Below, in pieces: positions 20,001 to 27,598 of a stretch of 46,880 bases of DNA. Within the stretch, counting starts at the first letter, position 1, and the number at the start of each line of letters is the position of its first letter. A model generated the notes under the pieces. The model saw nothing but the letters and a program-made list of their open reading frames with translations, ran no database searches and was not told the DNA's origin. A program made the position numbers and the translations under genes. This stretch comes from Escherichia phage BEK2. The stretch is from the sequence record MN158206.1; one strand, written 5' to 3'.

Positions 20001-20485
20001 CCACATCAACTGGCGTACAGTACGGAATTAGTTTGGGCCTTAAATACAATGGGCAGACTTATTCATCGGGTATGAGCATGGAACTTGTTGGCACTGGTGA
20101 CAATGTTCGCAGTCAATTCATTTTTGACGCAAACAGATTCGCGATCAGTAATGGCATTGGTTCTGGTTCCGGTCAGTGGCAACTCCCCTTCGTTGTCGAG
20201 AATGGAAACGTGATAATCCAGAGCGCAGTAATCGCCGATGGCTCAATCAGTAACGCTAAGATTGGTAACTTTATTCAGTCTAGTAATTACGTGGCTGGCT
20301 CAAATGGTTGGAGGATATCAAAGGATGGAGCAAGTGAATTCAATAATGTGGTTGTTAGGGGCGCCCTATACGCATCCGAAGGTAACTTTGCTTTTAACGG
20401 AACAAACAATACGGTACAGATTAACGGGAACGGAATCACTGTTAACTTACCTGGAGGAGGAAGAGTTGTGGTAGGTACGTTCTAA
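17099..20485 (+). CDS. central tail fiber / host specificity protein (lambda J-like)
   Basis: strong similarity in order and motifs to lambda J N-terminal 2/3 (e.g. 'LIQVPTNYDPESRTYSGTWNGIFKMAWSNNPAWVLYDLV', 'DKWGLYEAAQFCDQMVPDGKGGMEPRY'); start 17060-17099 uncertain. Confidence 0.9.
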   Translation: MAEDIKIYGAKGGSQKPHQPVEQEDNLISLNKVKVLLAVADGEVDSNFSMKDLYLADVPVQNQDGSYNYEGVRAEFRAGTQYQDYIAGLDGANSEIQASREIKNDTPYIIAVNNTQLSAIRVKLYWPRLVKQESNGDLNGTTCEYAIDLSVNGGAYQEYTRGVANGKTTTGYDRSIRVNLPAEFDSALVRIRKITTDSTSSTLVNGMQITTYQEVIDAKFRYPLTALVYVEFGSDLFPNGIPTISIKKRWKLIQVPTNYDPESRTYSGTWNGIFKMAWSNNPAWVLYDLVTNRRYGLDQRELGVEIDKWGLYEAAQFCDQMVPDGKGGMEPRYLCDMVVQNKVEAYTLIRDICSIFRGLTFYDGEKIGIVVDKPRNPSYIFTNDNVVNGLFSRTFASDKSLYTTANVQFDDVENNYQQDIEPVFELEATRRFGFNPVDLTAIGCTRRSEANRRGRWLLKTNLRSETISFTTGLEGMIPMIGEVIAVNDAAWSSNYQLNLSGRIESVQGLQVFTPFKVDAAPGDRILLNKPDGNPEARTIASISEDGRTINLNTAFSFVAQPDTVFAIDKDNLALQQYVVTGIQKADTDGKDSFQYTITAVEYDPNKYDEIDYGVNIADRPTSIVEPDRLSPPENLTVSSYSKVVQGLSVETMVIGWDKAPYAKTYNVQWRKENGNWINVPRTASTEVDIEGIYAGIYDVRVRSVSDTENVSAWSDIVTVSLTGKIGRPSAPTVITASTDEVFGIRVKWGFPEGSGDTAYTELQQVPDNGDGTYNPDSASLLTLVPYPQYEYWHTPIQPGKVIWYRARLIDRIGNTSDWSYFARGMSTDDASIINDYIKVDIEGSEGFKYLEQNAIQKNQDIQNQAEAIIENALANDGDVRRMTKENGKRKAEYVQAVNLIADETQARVEALTQLKAQIDDEIVGQITTIETALATETEARATADTALTARIGDNEAAINQKLDAFSNATSTGVQYGISLGLKYNGQTYSSGMSMELVGTGDNVRSQFIFDANRFAISNGIGSGSGQWQLPFVVENGNVIIQSAVIADGSISNAKIGNFIQSSNYVAGSNGWRISKDGASEFNNVVVRGALYASEGNFAFNGTNNTVQINGNGITVNLPGGGRVVVGTF

Positions 20486-20489
20486 AACA

Positions 20490-20509
20490 AAGGCCCCGAA
20501 AGGGGCCTT
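20490..20509. terminator. bidirectional terminator between convergent J gene and minus-strand operon
   Basis: aaggcccc-gaaa-ggggcctt flanked by T-runs on both strands. Confidence 0.65.
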
Positions 20510-20513
20510 ATCT

Positions 20514-21458
20514 TTAATACATGTCAGGAAGGTAAGGAAGTGGTGTTGATATTGTTACGTCAGGCCTATTCCCTATCTCGTATCTGACAATCCTTGAACC
20601 GGTTCCTGAGCGAACATAACCATTGCTCATCACGATTCCTTTGTTTCTCAACTCCTTATATGCTGGTATTGCCCTTGTGTTAAATCCACATCTAAGTATT
20701 GGGAAGTAAGAGTCACCAATGTACTGGTTGCTACCTGATAGGTTTATGAATCCAGAAACAACCAATGGCCTTGTGACGGTTGATAAAGTGCAGGCACCAT
20801 TTGAGTTAAATATGTTAAGTCCCGGACCAGGGGTTGGTGCTACCATCTGAAAAATAATCAAGTCCATAGTGACACTTCCTGGGGTATCACCAGTATCTTC
20901 AGTATTTATGTTTGTACATATTAACTGATTGCTCCCATTGTACTCAACTGACACACCGGAGTTGCTCCACTTTCCAAATGGAATTCCATAAATTGGCAGC
21001 GTGTAAGTGTCGGTGAAAGATATACTCTGAGCAAACTTGCACACCAACAACCTGTCAGTGGTGGTTATCGAAGTAAAATCAGTACTATTCGCAACATAAA
21101 TACCCTGGCCAGCCGATGCTCTTAGTACCTCAACAACAGTGCCAGAAAATTGCGTTATACGGTCAGAGTATCCATTCTCGTAACCAATTGATATTGTTCC
21201 GCTTGATTCTGTTGATGAAAATCCATTTATGTAGTAAATCTCAACTCCCCTATCAAGTTCGAATGAGTAGGCGCCATTGTTAGGGATAAGGAACCTTGAC
21301 GCTCCTTCATTGCCCTGAATTGAAAATGTCTTACTAAACCCGCCGCTAGAAACGTTGAAATTGCCAGCGAAATTCAATGCCCGCATCCCTGCGGTAATTG
21401 TCATTGGCTTCCTTCCATCATTGAGGTCTATATAAATACCTTGAGCCATTAATTCCAC
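20514..21458 (-). CDS. putative receptor-binding / tail-tip accessory protein
   Basis: 314 aa Gly/Ser/Thr/Asn-rich beta-type protein co-transcribed downstream of lipoprotein gene, adjacent and convergent to J; functional call is inference. Confidence 0.4.
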   Translation of the reverse strand: MELMAQGIYIDLNDGRKPMTITAGMRALNFAGNFNVSSGGFSKTFSIQGNEGASRFLIPNNGAYSFELDRGVEIYYINGFSSTESSGTISIGYENGYSDRITQFSGTVVEVLRASAGQGIYVANSTDFTSITTTDRLLVCKFAQSISFTDTYTLPIYGIPFGKWSNSGVSVEYNGSNQLICTNINTEDTGDTPGSVTMDLIIFQMVAPTPGPGLNIFNSNGACTLSTVTRPLVVSGFINLSGSNQYIGDSYFPILRCGFNTRAIPAYKELRNKGIVMSNGYVRSGTGSRIVRYEIGNRPDVTISTPLPYLPDMY

Positions 21459-21679
21459 TCCTTAGAGCCATAATCACTAACAGATCCACCGGAGCCTTTA
21501 ATACCAGCGTAGCGAATATCAACCTCACCAGCAGGAACAACTACACCACCTTTCCACTTAGACACGCACACGCCGTTTGCTTGCGTTGCACACCAACCAT
21601 CCGGGCGAGGACCAGAAGAACAACCAACTGCCATGATTACTGCTGCTGCGATGATTGCTGATTTGATGAAGTTATTCAT
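21449..21679 (-). CDS. lipoprotein, Cor/Llp-like superinfection-exclusion candidate
   Basis: signal peptide + lipobox '[10 protein letters not shown]|SS'; ATG 21679 with AAGGAA RBS; small mature domain with 3 Cys. Confidence 0.65.
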   Translation of the reverse strand: MNNFIKSAIIAAAVIMAVGCSSGPRPDGWCATQANGVCVSKWKGGVVVPAGEVDIRYAGIKGSGGSVSDYGSKEWN

Positions 21680-21714
21680 TTTGTATTCCTTAGTAATTTC
21701 GTTTCGATGGAGTA

Positions 21715-21757
21715 ATAGTATCGCATCCTTGCGATCAGTGTTTAGCAATTAGTGCTA
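21715..21757 (-). promoter_or_regulatory. composite early-type promoter (box + -10 TACTAT)
   Basis: box 21743-21757 (minus sense TAGCACTAATTGCTA), -10 at 21715-21720, leader 'ctccATCGAAACGAAAT'. Confidence 0.55.
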
Positions 21758-22431
21758 TTCGCCAAAAATACAGCTCTTGCAAATCCACGAGGTGTAAGAC
21801 TGCGAATTACCTTTGTTTTCTTGCTCTTCCCGCCTAGCTTCTTGTGCTGGTCTGAGTATCCATCATTAACGTCAACTGGTGAGGCTTGAGGCCATTTAAA
21901 CCCATTGCCAGACCAAATGCACGTCTTCTTAGGATATGCGTCTCTTGGCTTTATTAGGTCGCTAAAAAACGGGTGTAAATCATCTTCCGGCAAATAGCCT
22001 CCGTATTCGTAAGGGTGAAACGTGTTATCAGGTTTACTCCAGAGCGATGACAGCACGCTGACTGGGTTCTCAATCATGTATGGAACTCCGTATTTTTCAG
22101 CCAGTTTAAAAGCAACCTTGCAAGTCTCTGCCGCCTCAATTTGGAAGTTTTGGTTGGCTAGGCGCTTACGCTCAAAGTGTGCTGCCCCGCTCACGGCTAA
22201 ATCCGTACAGGGCGGGAATGCCATGATAAAATCAGGCTTCACATCAAAATCAAAACTGGAATCTATCCAGGCATTAACGTATGTAATGTTCTCATGCTCA
22301 ACCTTTGCATTTAAGTCACTGTAGCTCCCGTGGTCGGAATCATCAAAGTTGAAGCAGCAGCATGTGTGGCCAGCTTCAGCCCAATCATTTACAGCCAAAC
22401 CAGAACCATCAAATAAAGACCAGATAACCAT
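21742..22431 (-). CDS. DNA methyltransferase (FxGxG / PPC / ENP motifs)
   Basis: 'LFDGSGLA', '[12 protein letters not shown]', 'MIENPV'; class (C5 vs N6) uncertain; C-terminus 'NSTNC' encoded by TAGCAC box. Confidence 0.55.
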   Translation of the reverse strand: MVIWSLFDGSGLAVNDWAEAGHTCCCFNFDDSDHGSYSDLNAKVEHENITYVNAWIDSSFDFDVKPDFIMAFPPCTDLAVSGAAHFERKRLANQNFQIEAAETCKVAFKLAEKYGVPYMIENPVSVLSSLWSKPDNTFHPYEYGGYLPEDDLHPFFSDLIKPRDAYPKKTCIWSGNGFKWPQASPVDVNDGYSDQHKKLGGKSKKTKVIRSLTPRGFARAVFLANSTNC

Positions 22432-22460
22432 TTCAAAACCCTCTTCGTTAAAGTGCGGCG

Positions 22461-22503
22461 ATTATACTGCACAAAATTTATTGTTCTTTAGCAATTCGTG
22501 CTA
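22461..22503 (-). promoter_or_regulatory. composite early-type promoter (box + -10 TATAAT)
   Basis: box 22489-22503, perfect TATAAT (minus) at 22461-22466. Confidence 0.6.
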
Positions 22504-23172
22504 TTTCTTTTCCAGCAGCAGCTTGATGTCAATGCCGAGATTATTCTCAATCAATCCGGTCAGCGCATCATTCTTTTCTTTAAGAGCGAAGCATTGCGCT
22601 TCATACTTAAATCTTTCCTCCATCTCATTCGAGCGACTAGCCCAACACTGGCGAGCCTCACAAGCCAGCATATCGAGTTTTTCATCGGTATTCTTATCCA
22701 TGAGTAAGATCTCATTTATTCTTTGCTCTGCAACAATGCGCTGGCTCAGGTGTGCATTTTGCGCATTAGCCACACCAAGCATCATTCGAGCCTCTTTTAG
22801 CTCATCAATGCTTACCATCCGGCTGATTACTTCTGCTTGTTTTTTAACTAACGCCTCGAGCTCATGAAGTCGACGGATAACTCTGCGACGAAGAACTACG
22901 CTGTAGCCAGTGATTAGCGTTTCGGTGAGTTCCTTGTTGAGTAAAATCTCAGATGTATAGCCTCGATTATCCGTAAGTACTTGATAATCATCATGACCCA
23001 AATCTGGGGCATCGTTATAATGTAACAATTCATTGATCATTTCCTTTGTGTCGCGAACGACGTGATCATGACGCTTACCTGTCAATTCAGCAATTTCCTT
23101 CGTGCTCATCATGGTTTTTGGCTGTTCTTTGTACGCTTCAATTTTCATTTTAGTCTCTCTTATGCTTTTCAT
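22501..23172 (-). CDS. Rha-family (phage regulatory protein Rha) domain protein with coiled-coil C-terminus
   Basis: 'MSTKEIAELTGKRHDHVVRDTKEM' matches Rha N-terminal domain; start 23172/23148/23112 uncertain. Confidence 0.65.
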   Translation of the reverse strand: MKSIRETKMKIEAYKEQPKTMMSTKEIAELTGKRHDHVVRDTKEMINELLHYNDAPDLGHDDYQVLTDNRGYTSEILLNKELTETLITGYSVVLRRRVIRRLHELEALVKKQAEVISRMVSIDELKEARMMLGVANAQNAHLSQRIVAEQRINEILLMDKNTDEKLDMLACEARQCWASRSNEMEERFKYEAQCFALKEKNDALTGLIENNLGIDIKLLLEKK

Positions 23173-23252
23173 GGCTCAGATTTGAGCCATCGCTTGGTTT
23201 TGCTCTACCGATTTTCGGTAGACCAAGCAGCACCATTGCCACCATGCGACTA

Positions 23253-23295
23253 AATATACCTAAAGATAGTCAGTTGTCTTTAGCAATTAGTGCTA
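23253..23295 (-). promoter_or_regulatory. composite early-type promoter (box + -10 TATATT)
   Basis: box 23281-23295, -10 (minus) 23253-23258. Confidence 0.5.
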
Positions 23296-23780
23296 TTTAT
23301 CGCCAATTTCACCACAAATCACAGTTACACGTAACCGATGTAACTCGATGTATACAATCTCATTCGCGGAAAATGATATACGCGCCGTTACGCAAATTTA
23401 CGCAATAGTTACATTAAAATATCTATATATATCAACCTTTTACTATTATTATTATTATATATATTACTGTGTATATCATGTAACTACTGTTCTGGAGTGT
23501 TCCGGTTATAATTTTAATATCATGTGGATTTATACAGTATTGTGTGGCAGCCATACCAATGCACCCCCCGCAAGAAACGGTATACACGATATACACGATG
23601 GTTACATTGAGCTATATCTGGGCTGAGATGCCATTTTACGTAACAAGTTGCAATGCCTACACGGAATTACAAGTATTCACGCGTAAGTTTAAATCAACGA
23701 TTGGCAAAACCAATTGGACTGGCTACGGTACCGAATATATAGTTACCTCATCGAAAGCAAGCAACCAGAGAGATACAGAA
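23296..23780. repeat. divergent control region A: iterons + AT-rich microsatellite tract (candidate origin/operator region)
   Basis: GTTAC-AC-GTAAC inverted repeat 23324-23335, TTACGCAA x2 (23386-23404), tandem TATACACGA x2 (23581-23598), (TA)n/(TTA)n tract 23415-23490, shared block 23604-23646. Confidence 0.5.
23714..23743 (+). promoter_or_regulatory. rightward sigma70-like promoter of region A
   Basis: TTGGAC ... TATAGT (23738-23743) followed by leader 'cctcATCGAAAGCAAGCA'. Confidence 0.45.
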
Positions 23781-23975
23781 ATGACCTACTACATTATCAA
23801 AGAGAAAAACAACGCACTGTTCGGCGATTGCTACTTTGGAGGCGAGGCCGGTTACACCACCGATAAGAATGAGGCAGACCGATTCGATACCAAAGAAGAA
23901 GCCAGGGATGTGCTGACTGGTTACTTCACTGAAGAAGATTTGAAGTCTGTTAAAGTAGTTAAGGTCAAGGGGTGA
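23781..23975 (+). CDS. hypothetical protein
   Basis: 64 aa ORF (internal start of track ORF 23544) directly after promoter/leader. Confidence 0.45.
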   Translation: MTYYIIKEKNNALFGDCYFGGEAGYTTDKNEADRFDTKEEARDVLTGYFTEEDLKSVKVVKVKG

Positions 23976-23978
23976 GTT

Positions 23979-24944
23979 ATGAGCTTTAAGGTTTTTACAA
24001 GGGAGGAACTATCAAACTCGGAGTACCACGCTGAAACTGAACACATCTCAGGTTCCTCACTTGTCGAGATTATTCAGGGTTCACCAGCCAAGTGGAGGTT
24101 TAAGCAACGCAATAGCGATAGCAAGGCTCTTAAGTTTGGAACGCTGAGTCACACGTATATCCTAGAGGGTGACATGTTTGATAAAGAATACCTTCGAGCT
24201 ACAGACCTTGATGCGATTGATGGATTAATTACAAGCCAAGCAGGATTATCAGCAGCACTTAAAAAAGTTGGTGTAGCTGGCACGTCCGGGAAGGGGTATA
24301 GCGAGCTCGTAGAAATGATGTATCGTTCTGGTGAGGATTGGCCTGTTAAATGGTTAATTGAGCAGCAGGAGGGCGCGCAGGCGCTCGTGGAGGGTAAGGA
24401 GTTGGTTAGCGCCGCAGACTATGACAAAGTGATAGCTATGCGTGAGGTTCTTTGCAACATTCCGGAATATGATGCAATTGTGAACAGCGAGACGGCGCAG
24501 AAAGAGTTATCAATATTCGGTGAGATTCTAGGTGTTGGAGTTAAGATTCGAATCGACCACGTAGATGTTATTGATGGTGTGGTTCGGATCACAGATTATA
24601 AAACGACAGCGGACGCAAGCCCAGAAGGATTTGGTAAATCAGCATTCAATCACGGATACCTTGCAAAAATGGCATTACAGCGTGATCTATTTGTTAAGGC
24701 ATTCAACGAGAAGCGCAAGGTTGTTGTAGGATTGCTGGCACAGGAGAAGGTGGAGCCATACTTACCAATGCTGTACACCTTAACTGACGAACAGCTTCGA
24801 ATCGGTAGGTTGCAGTATCTTGAGGCGCTGGCTACTTACAAGAAGTGTAAGGAGCTAGATAGCTGGCCAGGGTACTCTAATGGCATTACAGAGCAAGAGC
24901 TATTAGTTCCTGAGTGGGCATTAAAACAATATAAAGAAATCTAA
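23979..24944 (+). CDS. PD-(D/E)xK family exonuclease (recombination nuclease)
   Basis: 'VKIRIDHVDVIDGVVRITDYKT' D..D.K nuclease motif; upstream of Erf. Confidence 0.65.
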   Translation: MSFKVFTREELSNSEYHAETEHISGSSLVEIIQGSPAKWRFKQRNSDSKALKFGTLSHTYILEGDMFDKEYLRATDLDAIDGLITSQAGLSAALKKVGVAGTSGKGYSELVEMMYRSGEDWPVKWLIEQQEGAQALVEGKELVSAADYDKVIAMREVLCNIPEYDAIVNSETAQKELSIFGEILGVGVKIRIDHVDVIDGVVRITDYKTTADASPEGFGKSAFNHGYLAKMALQRDLFVKAFNEKRKVVVGLLAQEKVEPYLPMLYTLTDEQLRIGRLQYLEALATYKKCKELDSWPGYSNGITEQELLVPEWALKQYKEI

Positions 24945-24945
24945 A

Positions 24946-24988
24946 TAGCACGAATTGCTAAAACAAGGTGGGATAGCTGAGGTATAGT
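24946..24988 (+). promoter_or_regulatory. composite early-type promoter (TAGCACGAATTGCTA + -10 TATAGT)
   Basis: box 24946-24960, -10 24983-24988. Confidence 0.6.
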
Positions 24989-25020
24989 TATACCATCAAC
25001 AACGGACGAGGTTAAAGAAA

Positions 25021-25200
25021 GTGAGAATATTTGAAAGTAAAAGCTGTAGCGACATTGAGATATTCGTTAATGAAAATGATGGATTAATTCAAACAATAGA
25101 CATATACCAAGATGGAGATGTTGTCGTTATAAGTGAAAAATGTAAGGCGATAGAGATTGCAGAATATATTTTAAAAATTTCAGAATACCTTGAGGACTGA
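25021..25200 (+). CDS. hypothetical small protein (59 aa, below track threshold)
   Basis: GTG start with GAGG RBS; ends 1 nt before erf ATG. Confidence 0.3.
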   Translation: MRIFESKSCSDIEIFVNENDGLIQTIDIYQDGDVVVISEKCKAIEIAEYILKISEYLED

Positions 25201-25201
25201 C

Positions 25202-25852
25202 ATGCAAATTTCAGAATCATGCAAATCAATTTTAAAGGCGCTTCACACTGCAAAGGCTATGTTTGCAAAAGCGGAAAAAACAAAGTGTAACAATCACCTA
25301 AATAATAGATATGCAACTTTAGAAGACGTACTAGCGGCTGTTGAGCCTGGTTTAGATGAGTGCGGGTTGGTGATGTTCCAGAGTGTTCTTGATGATGAAC
25401 AAACGAATCGTATGAAGGTTGAAACTAAGTTGTTTCATGCAGAATCTGGAGAGTGGGTCAGCTTCTTAATGATTGTCCCAATCAGTAAGAATGATGCACA
25501 AGGTTATGGCTCAGCTTTAACATACGCTAGACGTTACGGAATCACGGCTGCCCTTGGTCTTAGCCAGGCAGATGATGATGGAAATCTGGCGGCTAAGGGA
25601 GTTAAAGACTTTAAACGAGAACTCGAGAAATGCAACACTCTTGATGAGCTTCGTAGTGTATGGAAGGAGGCCAAACAATCACTTGATGCGGCAGGATGGA
25701 AGGTTTTTGAACCTCACATTATCGAGCGAAAAGCAGAGATAGAGGCTAATGCAGCAACTGGCTTCAACCCAGCCACACCTAAGAAAGTTGCAGAAAAAAG
25801 TAGTGATAAAGAAAAGAATGAAGTAGAATCACAACAAATCGACACATTCTAA
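25202..25852 (+). CDS. erf: ERF-family single-strand annealing protein
   Basis: 'RYATLEDVLAAV' and 'GSALTYARRYGI' ERF signature. Confidence 0.8.
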   Translation: MQISESCKSILKALHTAKAMFAKAEKTKCNNHLNNRYATLEDVLAAVEPGLDECGLVMFQSVLDDEQTNRMKVETKLFHAESGEWVSFLMIVPISKNDAQGYGSALTYARRYGITAALGLSQADDDGNLAAKGVKDFKRELEKCNTLDELRSVWKEAKQSLDAAGWKVFEPHIIERKAEIEANAATGFNPATPKKVAEKSSDKEKNEVESQQIDTF

Positions 25853-25893
25853 TTTAATAGGGGCCTCGGCCCCAACAAACAGAGAGATAAAAT

Positions 25894-26319
25894 ATGCACG
25901 TAATTACTGGTCAGATTCGCCGCGCTCCATTCACTAAAGAAGGTCAAAACGCCAATGGTAACTGGAAAATGTTCGCGGTTGATTTGAGTGAGCGATACAA
26001 AGATAAAGATGGTCAATCGCAATATACGAATTACAGAGCCGTCTTCTTCGCTAAAGAATCCATGTTAGACTGGTATAATGAAGCATTTCAAGAGGGTAAG
26101 ATTGTTAGTGTTAGCTCTGAAAGCCTGGCTGTTGATGTTCGTGATAAAGATAGCAAGACTTACGTAACTGTTAACATGAACAATCCTCGTCTTGAGTTTA
26201 GCCAGCGTGGCGATACAGCACCACAACAGCATGGGCAAAAGCAACAACAGAAAACTCAGCAACAGCAGCGTCAGCAACCTCAGCAACAACAACAGGTTGA
26301 AGACGATATTCCCTTCTGA
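25894..26319 (+). CDS. ssb: single-stranded DNA-binding protein
   Basis: OB-fold N-terminus, Gln-rich linker, acidic tip '...VEDDIPF' like E. coli SSB 'DDDIPF'. Confidence 0.85.
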   Translation: MHVITGQIRRAPFTKEGQNANGNWKMFAVDLSERYKDKDGQSQYTNYRAVFFAKESMLDWYNEAFQEGKIVSVSSESLAVDVRDKDSKTYVTVNMNNPRLEFSQRGDTAPQQHGQKQQQKTQQQQRQQPQQQQQVEDDIPF

Positions 26320-26350
26320 TAAAAGATAAAGCCACTTTCTGATTTTGATA

Positions 26351-26374
26351 AAAAGGAGCCTTACGGCTCCTTTT
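26351..26374. terminator. bidirectional terminator
   Basis: aaaaaggagcc-ttac-ggctcctttt. Confidence 0.65.
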
Positions 26375-26379
26375 ATTAC

Positions 26380-27588
26380 TTAAACACCAGTCAGTCTAGA
26401 TAACTCCCTACGTAGAAGCGCGCACTCTAGAGCGAGGCACTCCTCCATTCGAACCATCCATATTTCTCCAGCATCCTTACTTTCATCGGCATCCCATTTT
26501 TCGTGAATAAGTATTCCGTAATCACATGCGTCCAGACCTGCTTTAAGGAACTTGTCTCTGATGTCTTGAGCAATTACACCAATGTGTAGACGAGCTTCAT
26601 TGTCTCCCTTCTCAGAAACTGCCCTCTTCATTTTCCACTGCTTGTAATTTACTGTACTCCAGGCATCAAGAACTTCGTCAGGAATATCACCTATAAAAAC
26701 CTTGTGGTTTTCATCGGAAACAACTGTAGGTGCGTTCTGAAAATACGCATTGTTATATGTCAGTGATGCATATCCAATGTTATGCGTCGCGGTAACGTCA
26801 GGTGCAAGTGTTCTTGTTCTAAGTATTCCCGACACATTACCTCCTCCGAAGTTTACAGCAGCAGTAGTATTTAGCTCTGCACCACTTACGAACTCCTGAA
26901 TCCAGGGGCCTACCGAAGATGAGGATATTTGTCGACGCCACCCCGTCTGCGATGCGCCATTAGTTCGCAATGTTTGTATGGTGTCGTTATTACCTATAAG
27001 GTACTCAACATCCATAATTGATGCACCAGTGCCTCTAGTTGGTACATCTGTGAACACAGAGAATACGGAGCCTGGAATGTAATATCGACCTGGTGTTTTT
27101 ATGTTAGACAGAAGGTTTCCGTTTGATGATGCACTAGAAGCCGTCATGAACTCGATCAATCCAAACTGAAAAACTTTATGCCAACCAGAATCCACGTAAT
27201 TAGCAGCGGCAGATCTATTTATGTGACGTGACCAAAGACCGTTTTCGTTCTGGTAAAAAAAAGAAATCTTATTGTTAGCCTCAAGTGAAGCGTAAACAGT
27301 TAGACGACCAGAAAGTCGTGCGCCGTTGGTTAGAGAAGGCATATCAAATTCTGTGTTTACACTCTGTGCAATCTCCGTCATAAATATGGCGTTATTTGGC
27401 ATTCTGGTAGCAATCAGAGACACAGTCGCTTCATCTGCGGTAATACCTAGTTCAGCAAGTTTAGTCAGAGTCATTACACCGGACTGGTCGTTGAGTCTAC
27501 CTATCTGAGACTCTATCATCATTAAGGCTTCGTCGAGGGAGTCTTTATTGGCAGTAAGAATGTTGGCATCGAGGGTTAATTTTTCCAT
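26380..27588 (-). CDS. tail fiber protein, possible C-terminal intramolecular chaperone domain
   Basis: Gly/Ser/Thr/Asn-rich body; C-terminus 'ARLHIGVIAQDIRDKFLKAGLD...YGILIHEKW' resembles auto-chaperone domains; low certainty. Confidence 0.45.
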   Translation of the reverse strand: MEKLTLDANILTANKDSLDEALMMIESQIGRLNDQSGVMTLTKLAELGITADEATVSLIATRMPNNAIFMTEIAQSVNTEFDMPSLTNGARLSGRLTVYASLEANNKISFFYQNENGLWSRHINRSAAANYVDSGWHKVFQFGLIEFMTASSASSNGNLLSNIKTPGRYYIPGSVFSVFTDVPTRGTGASIMDVEYLIGNNDTIQTLRTNGASQTGWRRQISSSSVGPWIQEFVSGAELNTTAAVNFGGGNVSGILRTRTLAPDVTATHNIGYASLTYNNAYFQNAPTVVSDENHKVFIGDIPDEVLDAWSTVNYKQWKMKRAVSEKGDNEARLHIGVIAQDIRDKFLKAGLDACDYGILIHEKWDADESKDAGEIWMVRMEECLALECALLRRELSRLTGV

Positions 27589-27598
27589 TTTAATATCC

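Noticed and set aside
20514-23172. Lysogeny module (integrase, repressor, attP) suggested by the Rha-like gene
   Set aside because: No integrase, excisionase or CI-like repressor found anywhere in the window; genome organisation is that of a virulent phage.
23348-23626. Track ORF encoding a poly-Tyr protein (…FYYYYYYIYYC…)
   Set aside because: Lies entirely in the (TA)n/(TTA)n microsatellite tract of control region A; composition artefact with no RBS; region treated as non-coding.
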